The notes under the pieces were generated by a model. That model had not been told where the DNA came from. It worked only from the letters and a program-made list of their open reading frames with translations, and ran no database searches. 52,548 bases of DNA from a virus (lineage: Duplodnaviria > Caudoviricetes), in IMG/VR virus record IMGVR_UViG_3300025000_000022, positions 1 through 52,548 of that record. One strand, given 5' to 3'. Positions 27,027-38,091 of this stretch are shown here, in pieces. The number at the start of each line of letters is the position of its first letter. Position 1 is the stretch's first letter. Position numbers and translations under genes: made by a program.

Positions 27027-28019
27027 TTATAGTAACTTAAACCCATTTCCATCTATAGATGCAGATTGAGTTTTAACATTACCAAGAGTCCATTCTTTAT
27101 TTTCAATATTCATATCTTTATAACTATGATTTGATGTTGTCGTATCATTAACACGAATTTTATCAGATAATGATTGTAAATTTCTAATAATGATTTGCTG
27201 TCTTTCTAGTATTTGTTTTTTATCTTTAGGTTGTAAAGAGGCATTCATACTAACATTATTTTTATTAATTTCTAAAAATAAAGCTTGAGTTTTTAAATAA
27301 TCTGAAATTTTTAATCTCGAATAATAAAAATAGAAAATCAATTCTCTCATCAAAGGAACTAAAATTAAAACTCCTCCGATAATTAAACTACCAATTAACA
27401 TAGTCTCAGTTCCAATGAATCCTTCTTTACCATTATCAATAACTGATTTCATAACTTTAATAAATTCACCACTTCGAACACATGAATTAAATTTTTCAAG
27501 ATTCTTAATACAAATCTGTCCAGATAATTGAGGAGATTTAATTAAAGTAAATTCAATTCTATCTGGTCTTTTTATAAAATCAACATAAGATGAAATTATT
27601 GCACTTAAACCCTCTATACATGCACAAACAAGAATATTATATTGTAGAATAATAAATTCTTTTTCTAATTTAAATCCTTTTTCAAAACCTTCTTTAAAAT
27701 TAATAATATTACTTATAGCTTTTTCTAAAATATCTAATTCTATAATCTTAGTATTAGTTTTATTACTCAGTTGATATAATAGATCTATAGAATCTAACAT
27801 TGATTTAATACCTGAAAATTTACTTAAATCTCCTTTACTATCAGGGATAGTGTCAAAATCAACATGACTTTTTTCTATAGCTGATTTGTATAAATTGGCA
27901 ATCATCGTATTATTAACAACACTTAAGTCTGATTCTTTAAGAGAATAAATCTCATTTTTTTGTTTAAAAGTATTTGCATTTTCAATTAGTATTTTTGAAA
28001 CTTCATTCATTCTAAACAT
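27027..28019 (-). CDS. Probable virion protein with one hydrophobic segment
   Basis: AAGGAGG RBS; LIGSLIIGGVLILVPLM; lies in a late operon. Confidence 0.65.
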   Translation of the reverse strand: MFRMNEVSKILIENANTFKQKNEIYSLKESDLSVVNNTMIANLYKSAIEKSHVDFDTIPDSKGDLSKFSGIKSMLDSIDLLYQLSNKTNTKIIELDILEKAISNIINFKEGFEKGFKLEKEFIILQYNILVCACIEGLSAIISSYVDFIKRPDRIEFTLIKSPQLSGQICIKNLEKFNSCVRSGEFIKVMKSVIDNGKEGFIGTETMLIGSLIIGGVLILVPLMRELIFYFYYSRLKISDYLKTQALFLEINKNNVSMNASLQPKDKKQILERQQIIIRNLQSLSDKIRVNDTTTSNHSYKDMNIENKEWTLGNVKTQSASIDGNGFKLL

Positions 28020-28048
28020 AAATACAACCTCCTTTATACATAAAGAAT

Positions 28049-29344
28049 TTAGACTCTATTTATTAATTTAAGCATTTCTTTAAATTTCTTTTCATCTGAA
28101 CCACTTTCTCTTTCTAAACCAATAAAAGTAGTGGTTTGGTATGAATTTTGCCCATCAAATAAAAAATGAACTAATTGAGAAGAGGTGTCAACAACTACAA
28201 AACCTAATAAAAAATATGTTGACATTATTTTATCAACAAAATTTATATTCATTAAGTCATAACCATATGTTGCTTTAATTAGTTCAACTTCCTGCATGGA
28301 TAAAACTAGTGTTGTATTCGGTAATAATTGATTACCTAGTAACAAAGTATTTTTTACTTTAGATAAAGCTTTTCTTCTTTTTAAAGTAATCCACCATGAA
28401 GAAGAACCACTACCTCTATTTTTAACATCATCTTTAATTTCTTTAACATTTAATATGAAGTCTTTAATAAAATTAATTTCCCCAGAAGTCCACCTAATAA
28501 AATCAAAAAGACCATTATTGTTTCTACAAGCTCCAACAACATTATTGATCATCTCATCTGAACTTACTGGATGAATAACAGCTTTAATACCAATAAGATA
28601 ATCGTGTGTTCCATGATTATCTCCTTTTTTATCAATTAGCTTTAAACGAAGATGTAATATTGTTGGCACTAATTCGTTTGATTTCTTAACATCATTATCA
28701 GTTAATACCTTATTAGGTAAGTTAAAATTATCAGAATCATTTTTTCTTACTTCTAATAAAATATTTTTATTATGAAATGATGATAAATTTTTATTAGTAA
28801 ATTTATATATAGCTTGATTATTAGGAATAAATTTATTATTTAATAAATCCATCTTTAAACTCTCTACAATAACTTTAAGTTGTCCCTTATTAGCTTCAAC
28901 AATCTGTTTAGTTGAACATCCTTCAAAAATACCAGTTAAAACAGCCATAGTGCCATGTTCATCAGACAATACTAAGTAGTTTTCTTTTAGATTATCAATG
29001 TCTACAAAAAAATTAGTAGCATCATTTAAATCAGTTTTACTATCAGAATTTTGATGAAATTTTCTCAAATAGTTTGCTAAATTTTTCTCTGTCTCAATAT
29101 TAAGAACAGGGTTCATAGTCAAAACTATTTGAGTGAAAGAACTGTATTGACGTTCCAATGCTCTTGTAACAGTTTGAAGATTTTCTATATCAAGAGACTT
29201 GGAGACTATAACAGGAAATTGAAGTGTACCTTCTTGAGATTGTTTAGCTATAGATGAATATTTCTTTTTTTTAAGATAGTCATCAACACTACCATGAATA
29301 TCTATATCTCTAAAAGTATCTAATAAATCTTTTAAAACACCCAC
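28049..29344 (-). CDS. Probable virion structural protein
   Basis: 431-aa ORF with GTG start; late promoter at 29375-29386. Confidence 0.65.
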   Translation of the reverse strand: MGVLKDLLDTFRDIDIHGSVDDYLKKKKYSSIAKQSQEGTLQFPVIVSKSLDIENLQTVTRALERQYSSFTQIVLTMNPVLNIETEKNLANYLRKFHQNSDSKTDLNDATNFFVDIDNLKENYLVLSDEHGTMAVLTGIFEGCSTKQIVEANKGQLKVIVESLKMDLLNNKFIPNNQAIYKFTNKNLSSFHNKNILLEVRKNDSDNFNLPNKVLTDNDVKKSNELVPTILHLRLKLIDKKGDNHGTHDYLIGIKAVIHPVSSDEMINNVVGACRNNNGLFDFIRWTSGEINFIKDFILNVKEIKDDVKNRGSGSSSWWITLKRRKALSKVKNTLLLGNQLLPNTTLVLSMQEVELIKATYGYDLMNINFVDKIMSTYFLLGFVVVDTSSQLVHFLFDGQNSYQTTTFIGLERESGSDEKKFKEMLKLINRV

Positions 29345-29425
29345 TGATTTCCACTTCCTCTCATACGTTTATTTTATTTATATGTTTAATAAACAAAAAA
29401 AATAATCATCTGACCAATTTATTTT

Positions 29426-29599
29426 TTATCTAGACATACCTAGATTAAATTTTCGCATAGTAACTTTGTGTTGTTCTTTTTCAGATAATTTATCATATTC
29501 TTTTTCACGTTCTTTTTTATTCTTTCGTATTTCTTCAATATTACTAATATTTTTAATAGCATTAACCCCAGAAACTATAGTAAATAATACCTGTAACAT
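29426..29599 (-). CDS. 57-aa small protein (below ORF-track cutoff)
   Basis: AAGGGAG RBS, MLQVLFTIVSGVNAIKNISN...GMSR*; early motif at 29738-29747. Confidence 0.6.
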   Translation of the reverse strand: MLQVLFTIVSGVNAIKNISNIEEIRKNKKEREKEYDKLSEKEQHKVTMRKFNLGMSR

Positions 29600-29822
29600 A
29601 AAAATAGCACTCTCCCTTAAATTTTTTAATAACTTATATCTATATGTTTTATATAAGTAACATAATTTTGAGGGAGGATACTTTTATATTATCATTATTA
29701 TTATTTTATCAGATGATTATTTTCTATCTCTAAACAAATAATATATAAATAAAAAAACCATTATTTTTTCTATCTTGAACATTTATTTAACAATAATTAA
29801 TAACAAAAGTTGGTGATAAAAA

Positions 29823-31229
29823 ATGAGACAGCAACTTAGAGTAGCTATTACAACCTTAAGTATAAGGTATGGTCCTGGTACATCAAATAGAATAGTTGGT
29901 TCATTAAATAAAAATGATATAGTAATAGTAAATGGTATTATGGATGTAGGTAATCAAACTTGGTATGATTTAGAAGATGGTAGAGGATGGATATGTGGAT
30001 ATAACCCTGGTGGTGGAGGTAATGGAGTATATCTTGAATTAGTTAGAGATTTTGAAGATTTAGGAACTACAGTAAGCCCCGTATCAAATACAACTGTTTC
30101 AATAACACCAAATTATACTACAGTTGGTACTACTTTAAATGAAGGAAATGATACTGATACTAGTACAACTACTTTACAATCACAACTAAATATTAATGGT
30201 ATTGGTACTACAGATGTCGATTTAATAAATAAAATTAATATAGATGAGAATGTTGAATCATATTCTTATTTAACAGATTATTCTTTTATAGATGATAATC
30301 TAAAAAAGATTAAAAATAATTTAAATCTTGTTGGATATAAGGGGAGTAAAGATTTAAATTATTCATTATTTCATAATTTTAATAGATTTAAAATTACTTT
30401 TCCAGATTACCATTTACCTAAAACCTTTGCACATGTATTTTTTACAAGACCAGATCTTAATATAATTGACTATAATGGTAATAAAAATTATTCTTTACAT
30501 TCGCAATTACAAAATGAGGCTGTGTTTTATTATTTATTTAAAAATAACCCAGATTTATTAATATCATTAACATCAAGTTTCTCATCAGAACATGCTTTTC
30601 ATCCTTTTTTATCAAACACAGCACAATCTTTTGAATTATCTGATGAATATATTAGAACTATGGAGCATGGGGAAACTTTTACTGGATATAAAGTTCAATA
30701 CGGTAGAAGTAATATAGAATCAAAAACCGCCGGAACATTATCAATATCATTTACAGACGATATTAACTTGTCTATATATAAAAGTATTAAGGCATGGGTT
30801 GATTATATTTCAAAAGTATATAGAGGTGAATTAGTAACAAAAGATGAATATATTTATAAAAAAATATTAGATTATGCTAGTAGTATTTATTATTTTTTGT
30901 GTGGTCCTGATGGTGAAACACTTTTATTCTGGTCTAAATATTTTGGTATATTTCCAACTAATATACCTGCAAGCACATTGAGTTGGTCTAAAAATAATTT
31001 AGTTAAAATACCTGAATATTCTATTACTTTTGCGTATGCATTTAAAGAAGATTTTAGTCCTTTGTCACTAGCTGAATTTAATATGAACAACAGTGGGGGA
31101 TTTGTTTATAAAAAAACTTATGAACCTGGTTTATTATCTACAGGAAAAACATTTGCTGGTTCTCCTTTTATAGAAACGAATATTAATCAAAATGGGGATT
31201 ATGTATTTAAACTAAGATTTAGGGAGTGA
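29823..31229 (+). CDS. SH3b-containing tail-tube/baseplate initiator-like protein
   Basis: N-terminal LSIRYGPGTS..IVG.L...WY.L..G.GWI (SH3b), Thr-rich linker, then tube-like C-terminus (LSISFTDD..IKAW..GIFPTNI..YSITFAY). Confidence 0.65.
   Translation: MRQQLRVAITTLSIRYGPGTSNRIVGSLNKNDIVIVNGIMDVGNQTWYDLEDGRGWICGYNPGGGGNGVYLELVRDFEDLGTTVSPVSNTTVSITPNYTTVGTTLNEGNDTDTSTTTLQSQLNINGIGTTDVDLINKINIDENVESYSYLTDYSFIDDNLKKIKNNLNLVGYKGSKDLNYSLFHNFNRFKITFPDYHLPKTFAHVFFTRPDLNIIDYNGNKNYSLHSQLQNEAVFYYLFKNNPDLLISLTSSFSSEHAFHPFLSNTAQSFELSDEYIRTMEHGETFTGYKVQYGRSNIESKTAGTLSISFTDDINLSIYKSIKAWVDYISKVYRGELVTKDEYIYKKILDYASSIYYFLCGPDGETLLFWSKYFGIFPTNIPASTLSWSKNNLVKIPEYSITFAYAFKEDFSPLSLAEFNMNNSGGFVYKKTYEPGLLSTGKTFAGSPFIETNINQNGDYVFKLRFRE
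29927..30052 (+). repeat. 126-bp perfect repeat, inverted relative to 37782-37907
   Basis: AGTAAATGGTATT...AGTTAGAGATTT matches the reverse complement of 37782-37907 base for base. Confidence 0.92.
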
Positions 31230-31236
31230 TACTCAT

Positions 31237-33870
31237 ATGATTCAAAATGTTAGAGATTATAGTAGTAGTTATTCAATGAAACAATTTTATCTTGAATTAA
31301 TTAAAAAGTACCTTAATGTTGATGATGTCAATCAACTTAATATAGGATTACTTGGATATAATACTGAAATGATAACTGGAATTGGTGAAGATACCTTCAA
31401 TACTATAACAACTCTTATACCTGAAATATTTCCAAATAAAGCAGTTTTACCTGAATCAATCTATAATTATGCATCTTTATTTCAAATAGATAATATATTT
31501 GCAACACCATCAGAAATGGGTTTAATTTTATTTGTAAATGAAGATGATATTATTAAATTTGGAACGAGAAAAGATACATTTATTGAATTTGTATTAGATT
31601 CAAATATGATTATAGATGTTGAAGGAACTCAATTTATGTTAGATTATGATATTAAAATTAATGTAACTAAACGACTTGGTGAATATATATATATGGCATC
31701 ATATGATCTAAATTTTAACAATACAATTAGTAATGTAGTTAATCCATATATTAAAATAAAAAGAATTAATTATAATGGTATTAAATATTTAGGATTATTA
31801 GTTAAGGTTAGACAAGTAAACAAATTCATTAAAAATGAGCATATAATAACTAATGATAAAATAAATTATCCAATGATTCCAATAGAGTTTAGTGATTATT
31901 TAGCAAACTTTGAAGTATTTTATAAACCCCCTGATTCTAGTGTATATACCCAGTTACAAAAAAAAATAATTAATAGCCCACCTTTAAAAGAACCTTTTTG
32001 TTATTATTCATTTAAATATGAGGGGCAAATTAATATATCATTTACACCATTAGATTATTATTTTCAACCAAAATTTAATTCAGAAATACTGATTTATATT
32101 TATAATACTATTGGAAGTAAAGGTAACTTTCCCTTATATATTGGTAATAATATATTAATAACACCTAAATCTGAAATATATGATTATAATAACAACATAG
32201 TGTTATTTGCTATTGCACAAACTGAAAGTAAATTAGGTGCTGATATACTTCCATTAGATGAATTACAAAAACTTACTGTGGAAAAATTTTCCACTGTAGA
32301 ATCATATACTAATGAAAATGATTTACAAATGTACTTTGATAAATTTAAATATGTTTATGGAGCAGATGTTTTATTTACTAAAAGAAGAAATGACCCATTA
32401 GAAAGATTATTTGGTTCATTTATAATGTGTAAAGAAGAGGGTGGTAATATATATAGTACAAACACTATACATTTAAAATTAAATACAACTGACTTTGATT
32501 TAGAGTATGAACAAAGTGGAAGACTTATATTAAAACCAGGTCATTTATTTAAATACGTTGATGGTAGTATTGATACAGGCGAAATAATTCCAGCATTAAC
32601 AATAAATGATGATTTAACTTCTTTAGAAGAAAGATTTTTATATACTAATCCTTTTTTAATAACATTAACTCGAAGTCCTGCTATAATAGGATTTTTTTTA
32701 AATTCTTTATTAAAAACAATACAATTAGAATATAGTTATGTTAATAGCGACTCTATAGTTCAATTTATATGTAATAATTTAAATATTAGTAGAAATTCTC
32801 TAATAGGAGAAGATAATTATAAATTAACTATTAACATGATTCCAACATTTAACTTAAATTTAAATAATGATGAAAATATAGATATCAATACTTTAATAAC
32901 AAATACTATTAAAGCAATAGGTGTTTTTTTAGATGGTAATGAAACATGTTATATTGATTTTAATTTAACTAATTATGATGAAGAACTAAATTTATTTACA
33001 TTTGAAGCTATATTAACAACAGATGATTATGTAACTTTGGAGGAAAAATTTAGTGTAATTGGTGTAAAAGATATAATAACAAGTGAAGTTGTAACAAAAT
33101 TAATTCCAATGAATAATTCAGATATGAATATTTATGTATTTTATAAATATGATAATGACAATATGGCACATAAATTTGATTATATTACAGATTTACAAGA
33201 ATTTACATTAACTAATATATATTCTACAGGTGATGAAAAAATTGATTTTATAAAACCATTAAGTTTAGTTACAAGTAGAATGAAATATATACAAGTTGAT
33301 GAAAATAATTATTATATGATTTTAAATTTTATTCCATTTATAAAAGCTGAAACTGTTAAAGACAATAATAAATTTATTGATTTTATAAATAAATTATTTT
33401 TACAATATAAAAATATGGAAGAGACTGTTAACTTAATTACTAATAATTATTCGATTGATGTTAAATTTTATAACACATATGGACATTCTAAAAATTTTGT
33501 AGTCGGAGAAGAACAAGAATTATTAGATAGAGTTAATTGTAGTATTTGGTTTAAAGTAAAACCAATAATTGATAATGATGAAGAATCATTAATATTGAAA
33601 TTAAAATTATACATTAAAGATTATATTGAAAGTATAAATATTAGAGGGAATAATTCGTTTTATGTATCTAATTTAATTACAGCAATTAAAAATGATATAA
33701 AGGAAATTAATTATCTCAAATTTGTTAATATTAATAATTATGATTCTTCAGTACAGGTTATAGAAAATAAAGCTGTTGATATAACAACTTTATCTAAAGA
33801 TGAACAAATGAACTTTATTCCGGAATATTTAACTATAAATATTGATGATATCATTATAGAAATAATATAG
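31237..33870 (+). CDS. Baseplate wedge protein (T4 gp6 / baseplate J-like)
   Basis: LLGYNTE..EIFPNKAVLPESIYNYA and T.GSKGN..GAD..DEL..T.ND resemble the gp6/J layout. Confidence 0.65.
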   Translation: MIQNVRDYSSSYSMKQFYLELIKKYLNVDDVNQLNIGLLGYNTEMITGIGEDTFNTITTLIPEIFPNKAVLPESIYNYASLFQIDNIFATPSEMGLILFVNEDDIIKFGTRKDTFIEFVLDSNMIIDVEGTQFMLDYDIKINVTKRLGEYIYMASYDLNFNNTISNVVNPYIKIKRINYNGIKYLGLLVKVRQVNKFIKNEHIITNDKINYPMIPIEFSDYLANFEVFYKPPDSSVYTQLQKKIINSPPLKEPFCYYSFKYEGQINISFTPLDYYFQPKFNSEILIYIYNTIGSKGNFPLYIGNNILITPKSEIYDYNNNIVLFAIAQTESKLGADILPLDELQKLTVEKFSTVESYTNENDLQMYFDKFKYVYGADVLFTKRRNDPLERLFGSFIMCKEEGGNIYSTNTIHLKLNTTDFDLEYEQSGRLILKPGHLFKYVDGSIDTGEIIPALTINDDLTSLEERFLYTNPFLITLTRSPAIIGFFLNSLLKTIQLEYSYVNSDSIVQFICNNLNISRNSLIGEDNYKLTINMIPTFNLNLNNDENIDINTLITNTIKAIGVFLDGNETCYIDFNLTNYDEELNLFTFEAILTTDDYVTLEEKFSVIGVKDIITSEVVTKLIPMNNSDMNIYVFYKYDNDNMAHKFDYITDLQEFTLTNIYSTGDEKIDFIKPLSLVTSRMKYIQVDENNYYMILNFIPFIKAETVKDNNKFIDFINKLFLQYKNMEETVNLITNNYSIDVKFYNTYGHSKNFVVGEEQELLDRVNCSIWFKVKPIIDNDEESLILKLKLYIKDYIESINIRGNNSFYVSNLITAIKNDIKEINYLKFVNINNYDSSVQVIENKAVDITTLSKDEQMNFIPEYLTINIDDIIIEII

Positions 33871-33923
33871 GGACTAAAAACAATATAATAAAATCTTAAC
33901 GTATAATTGAGAGGGGATATATT

Positions 33924-35138
33924 ATGAGTATTTTTAATAAAGCTATAAGAGAAATAGAACCTTTTTCTAATGGTATTAAAGAAATATCAGAAATATCTAA
34001 AAATGCTAGTTGTATAAGTGGTTTTAGTTTTTTGGAAGACCGAATTATTAAAGAGCATTGTGATATTATTGATGAGAGTGTTAGAAGGACTGAGAAAGAA
34101 TATGATAACAGAAAATTATACGAACCTATTATTAAAAAACAGCTTCTTGAATCACAGATTTTAAATAAATTAAATTCACTTAATTGTAGTGGTAGAGATA
34201 TACTTTTTAAAGAAATTCTATTTGAAATATTTGAAAAATCGCTTCATTTAGATGAAGATTTTATTTCTGAAAATTATGAAAATCTTAAATTTGTAACTAA
34301 TAAATATATTGATGATAATGGTGGGTATAAATTACTTGAAAATGCAATTAATAAAACTGGTTCTCCTATATTAAAATCAATTTATTCTTTATGTGAAGCT
34401 ACAGCTAAAAGAACATGTAAAAGAAAGATTAAAGAATGTAATAGTGATGTTGATAGAGAAAATAGTTTAAATATTTTAAACTTTGATTTAGATGATGAGG
34501 AAAAAGAAGATTTTGATCTAGATAAAACTAAATTAGGTATAGATGAATTATCTGATTTGGTTAAATCGAAAGTATTAACAGTTGTACAAGATGAAAAACA
34601 AAGGCAAGAAAAAGAAGAAAGTTTAATTAAAGATATAGAGGATGATATTAGTAATAAAATTAGTAATGATGACAATCAAACTGAAGAAAATGTTAAGGAA
34701 GCTTTAAATAAACTCTTAATTAATAAAAAACCTATTGAAGAAACAACTTTGTTTAATGCGTTATTAAGACATTCTTATAAAGAACTTTTAGAATCAATTG
34801 CTAGTTTAACTCCTGGATTTAATGATAATATTGAGAAAGATAAACAGAGAGTTGATGATTTTAAATTTAAAACTACTAACAGTGATGTTTCTAGTAATGA
34901 TAAAATATATTATTCTACTAATGATGTGTCTAAAGGAGAATACAATCTTAATAAAGAGGTTGAACAAACTGGACCAGATGAAGGTTTTGTAAAAGATGAA
35001 GAATATAGTATTAATATGGATTTAGTTTTAGCTGAAGCTATTACTAAATATACTTTAATGGAATTACTATATACTATTCAACTTGAACAATATTCTCATG
35101 ATACAATTCGTAAAATTTCAGAAAAATTAATTCACTAG
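33924..35138 (+). CDS. Probable virion protein (acidic)
   Basis: Late promoter at 33879-33890; repeated LLES/VKEA/LAEA motifs. Confidence 0.6.
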   Translation: MSIFNKAIREIEPFSNGIKEISEISKNASCISGFSFLEDRIIKEHCDIIDESVRRTEKEYDNRKLYEPIIKKQLLESQILNKLNSLNCSGRDILFKEILFEIFEKSLHLDEDFISENYENLKFVTNKYIDDNGGYKLLENAINKTGSPILKSIYSLCEATAKRTCKRKIKECNSDVDRENSLNILNFDLDDEEKEDFDLDKTKLGIDELSDLVKSKVLTVVQDEKQRQEKEESLIKDIEDDISNKISNDDNQTEENVKEALNKLLINKKPIEETTLFNALLRHSYKELLESIASLTPGFNDNIEKDKQRVDDFKFKTTNSDVSSNDKIYYSTNDVSKGEYNLNKEVEQTGPDEGFVKDEEYSINMDLVLAEAITKYTLMELLYTIQLEQYSHDTIRKISEKLIH

Positions 35139-35175
35139 ATAAAAAAATGTGTAATAGATAGTATTTAACTATCTA

Positions 35176-35511
35176 TTACACATTTCGTTTTATTTTAACT
35201 CTAATATTTTTATTTTCAATTAAAAAATTAAATAAGAGATCAATATTTATATCTATATTTATAAAAGACTTAATAGTATTTCTTATTTCTTGAATAATAT
35301 CATTCGATTTCATATTATTATTCAGTTTTATTACGACACCATATTCAGTTCTTTGAATGTTATTCTGATAATTCTCAGTTAATTTACTAGTTAAATTATT
35401 TAAAATATCATTTGTATTAATATATTTTTTATTCTTTTTTATTTTTTTTAACTCTGTTCTAATGTGTCCCGTTACATTAGAATCATCGACAAATGCCAAT
35501 GAAATATTCAT
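35176..35511 (-). CDS. Hypothetical late protein
   Basis: AAAGGA RBS; late promoter at 35542-35553. Confidence 0.65.
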   Translation of the reverse strand: MNISLAFVDDSNVTGHIRTELKKIKKNKKYINTNDILNNLTSKLTENYQNNIQRTEYGVVIKLNNNMKSNDIIQEIRNTIKSFINIDINIDLLFNFLIENKNIRVKIKRNV

Positions 35512-35583
35512 TTATTTCATCCTTTCTTTTAAATTCATTTCTAATTGGTTGTTTATGATTTAATTACTTTTTATTTAAATTTA

Positions 35584-36240
35584 TTAAATATTATCTTTTT
35601 TTGTTATTTTATTTTCATTATCTGTATATACTTTCCATTTCTCTATTCTCTTCTTATTAAACATACAGTCATATTCATTCATAAATTCTATTCTTATTTC
35701 TATTCTTGGTTTAATTGAATAAAATTTTCTAACCCTCCCATCTATTATAAGACAATCTTCTATTAATAAATGTGTTTGTACCATATCAGAATATGTTTTA
35801 CCAATATTATCCCAATCAGGTTTAGATATAGCATATAATAATTTTAACTCACATAAAATTTTTTCTATCTTTGTCATTTGAGAGGGTGTTGGTAAAAAAA
35901 TATCACAATAAAATCTACAGGGAGTAGTTATTAAATCTTTTAGATCTTCTGATTGATTAATAAAATCTTTAAATAAATTATTATAATTAAAGGCATTTTT
36001 AACATAAAATGCCTTAGTAAAATTTGAGTATCTAGGTCTAGGTGTTGCCTGTGGAATAAAATAGAATACTAAATCTATTTTATTCCATTTAGCATTAATA
36101 ATATTTAATATTTTTTTATTTATATTTTCAATATCACTTATAGTTATTTTTAATTCTTTAATAAGATATGTGAATCTTTCATTAAAATCTTTTGATATTA
36201 AACCATATTTATTAATATATTCTCTTAGTTTTTTTTTCAT
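35584..36240 (-). CDS. rusA: RusA-family Holliday junction resolvase
   Basis: PQATPRPR...KPDWDNIGKTYSD....IED..I......K.YS..PRIEIRI. Confidence 0.85.
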   Translation of the reverse strand: MKKKLREYINKYGLISKDFNERFTYLIKELKITISDIENINKKILNIINAKWNKIDLVFYFIPQATPRPRYSNFTKAFYVKNAFNYNNLFKDFINQSEDLKDLITTPCRFYCDIFLPTPSQMTKIEKILCELKLLYAISKPDWDNIGKTYSDMVQTHLLIEDCLIIDGRVRKFYSIKPRIEIRIEFMNEYDCMFNKKRIEKWKVYTDNENKITKKDNI

Positions 36241-36262
36241 TGCAAACTCCTATTTTAAAAAG

Positions 36263-38014
36263 TTACATACGAATTAAGGGTTGGACTTTCTGTCTAAGGT
36301 TTTGAATAATATCAGCATAAGCTTCTTTTGGTAAGTTAATAACTTTACCAAAAAATACTGAAAACATAGATTCTAATTTAATTAAAAAGTTTGGTTTAGT
36401 TAAATCTATTCCACACATTACTGCTAAAAAATCAATCATTCCTTGATTTTCAAAAAATAGAGTTGGTTTAGTTGTAGGTGTTATCATTAAATTTGAATAT
36501 AAATCTTTTATACCAATAGTAACTTTCATTTCAGATGGTAATCCGTCAACAGTCCAGGCATCACCACTACCACCTTTATCTATTTGAATAGAATCAATAA
36601 TACCCATTTCACAAGAAAACCACCCCTTAGAAAATGCTTTAACTAAAAAGGGGTGAGCAAAACTATTTGCTGATGATTGACGAGGTAATCCTAAAGATAA
36701 TATATGCATTAGAGGTACTAAAATATTTAAATACAAACTTTCTTTATCACCATAAGGTGATACTAAATTAACTGTTACATTATATGATTTATTATAATTG
36801 GAATCTTGCCAAATTTCTGGAAATAAAACATTAGAACCTTTTAAAACTGCTGATGACATTCCTAATAATCTGGTAAAAAAACCTTCACCATTATTAGACA
36901 TTCTTTTTGATATTTCTTCCATACTAGCACCAAAAGACTTAGTTGCTTCATCAACATTTCTTAATGCCGCAGTATTAGTCAAGAAAGACAATTCTTTCAT
37001 TAAACCTTCCCCAGTTTCAAACATTGATTGTAATTTTGAACTCGTTGTACTAGCACCCATGGATTCGCTAAATGAAGTGCTGGGTTCAACATAAAACTGA
37101 ATATAGTTAAAATTACCAAACATTAATTCATATGCATCATCAGATACACTATCTAAGCTAAATACAGATTTAGTGGAACCATCAGTATTTTTAGATATAT
37201 AACCATTTTTATATTTATAATCAGTCCAATCAAAATATTTATATGTAGTATTTGTACCAAAAGCTTTTTTATTTTCAATACCTAAATATATAGCACACAT
37301 TCTACATAATAAATTAACATATCTCATATATTCAGCAAAATCATTAATAAAATCAAAATAACGAATATCATCACTTCCAGTTATATCATTTAATATATTT
37401 CTAGAAGTAGAATCATTTGTTTGCATACTAGTAAAAAAATTATTTAGTGCATCTTTTTGTTCTGTTGAAACATTAGGTAGATAGTTTGGTTTTCCAGGAG
37501 TAAAAAAAACGATTGGTGATTCTGCAACAATATTTTCTAAATACTTTCTACCTAAATCTAAATCATTAATTCTAAAATCAGTTTGTTTAGTAAATTGAAA
37601 TGGGCAACCAAATAATCTAGTTGAAGCTGATATTTTTTTAGAAATAGAGCTTTGTTGATTATATAACATTGATATTATTGTTTGGTCTAAACCCAAACTA
37701 GTTCCAGTTGTATTATTATCAGTTGTTCCAGTTGTTGTTTCAGATGGGGATGGGGAAGGTTGTGTTACAGGTAAATTTTCTAAATCTCTAACTAATTCAA
37801 GATATACTCCATTACCTCCACCACCAGGGTTATATCCACATATCCATCCTCTACCATCTTCTAAATCATACCAAGTTTGATTACCTACATCCATAATACC
37901 ATTTACTGAAACTATTGAACCTGGAGTTAATGAACCGACTATTTTATTTGATGTACCAGGACCATATCGTATATTTAAATTATTCTTAGTAACAACTTTA
38001 ACTTCTTGATGCAT
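36263..38014 (-). CDS. SH3b-containing tail tube/baseplate junction-like protein
   Basis: N-terminal SH3b nearly identical to that of 29823-31229; C-terminus with FPEIW..S..KSY.V...L..P, GIIDSIQI and DGLPSEMKVTI typical of tube-fold baseplate proteins. Confidence 0.65.
   Translation of the reverse strand: MHQEVKVVTKNNLNIRYGPGTSNKIVGSLTPGSIVSVNGIMDVGNQTWYDLEDGRGWICGYNPGGGGNGVYLELVRDLENLPVTQPSPSPSETTTGTTDNNTTGTSLGLDQTIISMLYNQQSSISKKISASTRLFGCPFQFTKQTDFRINDLDLGRKYLENIVAESPIVFFTPGKPNYLPNVSTEQKDALNNFFTSMQTNDSTSRNILNDITGSDDIRYFDFINDFAEYMRYVNLLCRMCAIYLGIENKKAFGTNTTYKYFDWTDYKYKNGYISKNTDGSTKSVFSLDSVSDDAYELMFGNFNYIQFYVEPSTSFSESMGASTTSSKLQSMFETGEGLMKELSFLTNTAALRNVDEATKSFGASMEEISKRMSNNGEGFFTRLLGMSSAVLKGSNVLFPEIWQDSNYNKSYNVTVNLVSPYGDKESLYLNILVPLMHILSLGLPRQSSANSFAHPFLVKAFSKGWFSCEMGIIDSIQIDKGGSGDAWTVDGLPSEMKVTIGIKDLYSNLMITPTTKPTLFFENQGMIDFLAVMCGIDLTKPNFLIKLESMFSVFFGKVINLPKEAYADIIQNLRQKVQPLIRM
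37782..37907 (-). repeat. Second copy of the 126-bp inverted repeat
   Basis: Identical to 29927-30052 on the opposite strand. Confidence 0.92.
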
Positions 38015-38091
38015 TATTGCACCCCCCCCTTATAAAATAAAAAATAATGTAAGATATATTATCTTAACATTATGTTTTTTTGGTTTTATTT

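Noticed and set aside
29466-29660. 64-aa plus-strand ORF
   Set aside because: It is the shadow of the minus-strand 57-aa ORF, which has the RBS and promoter motif.
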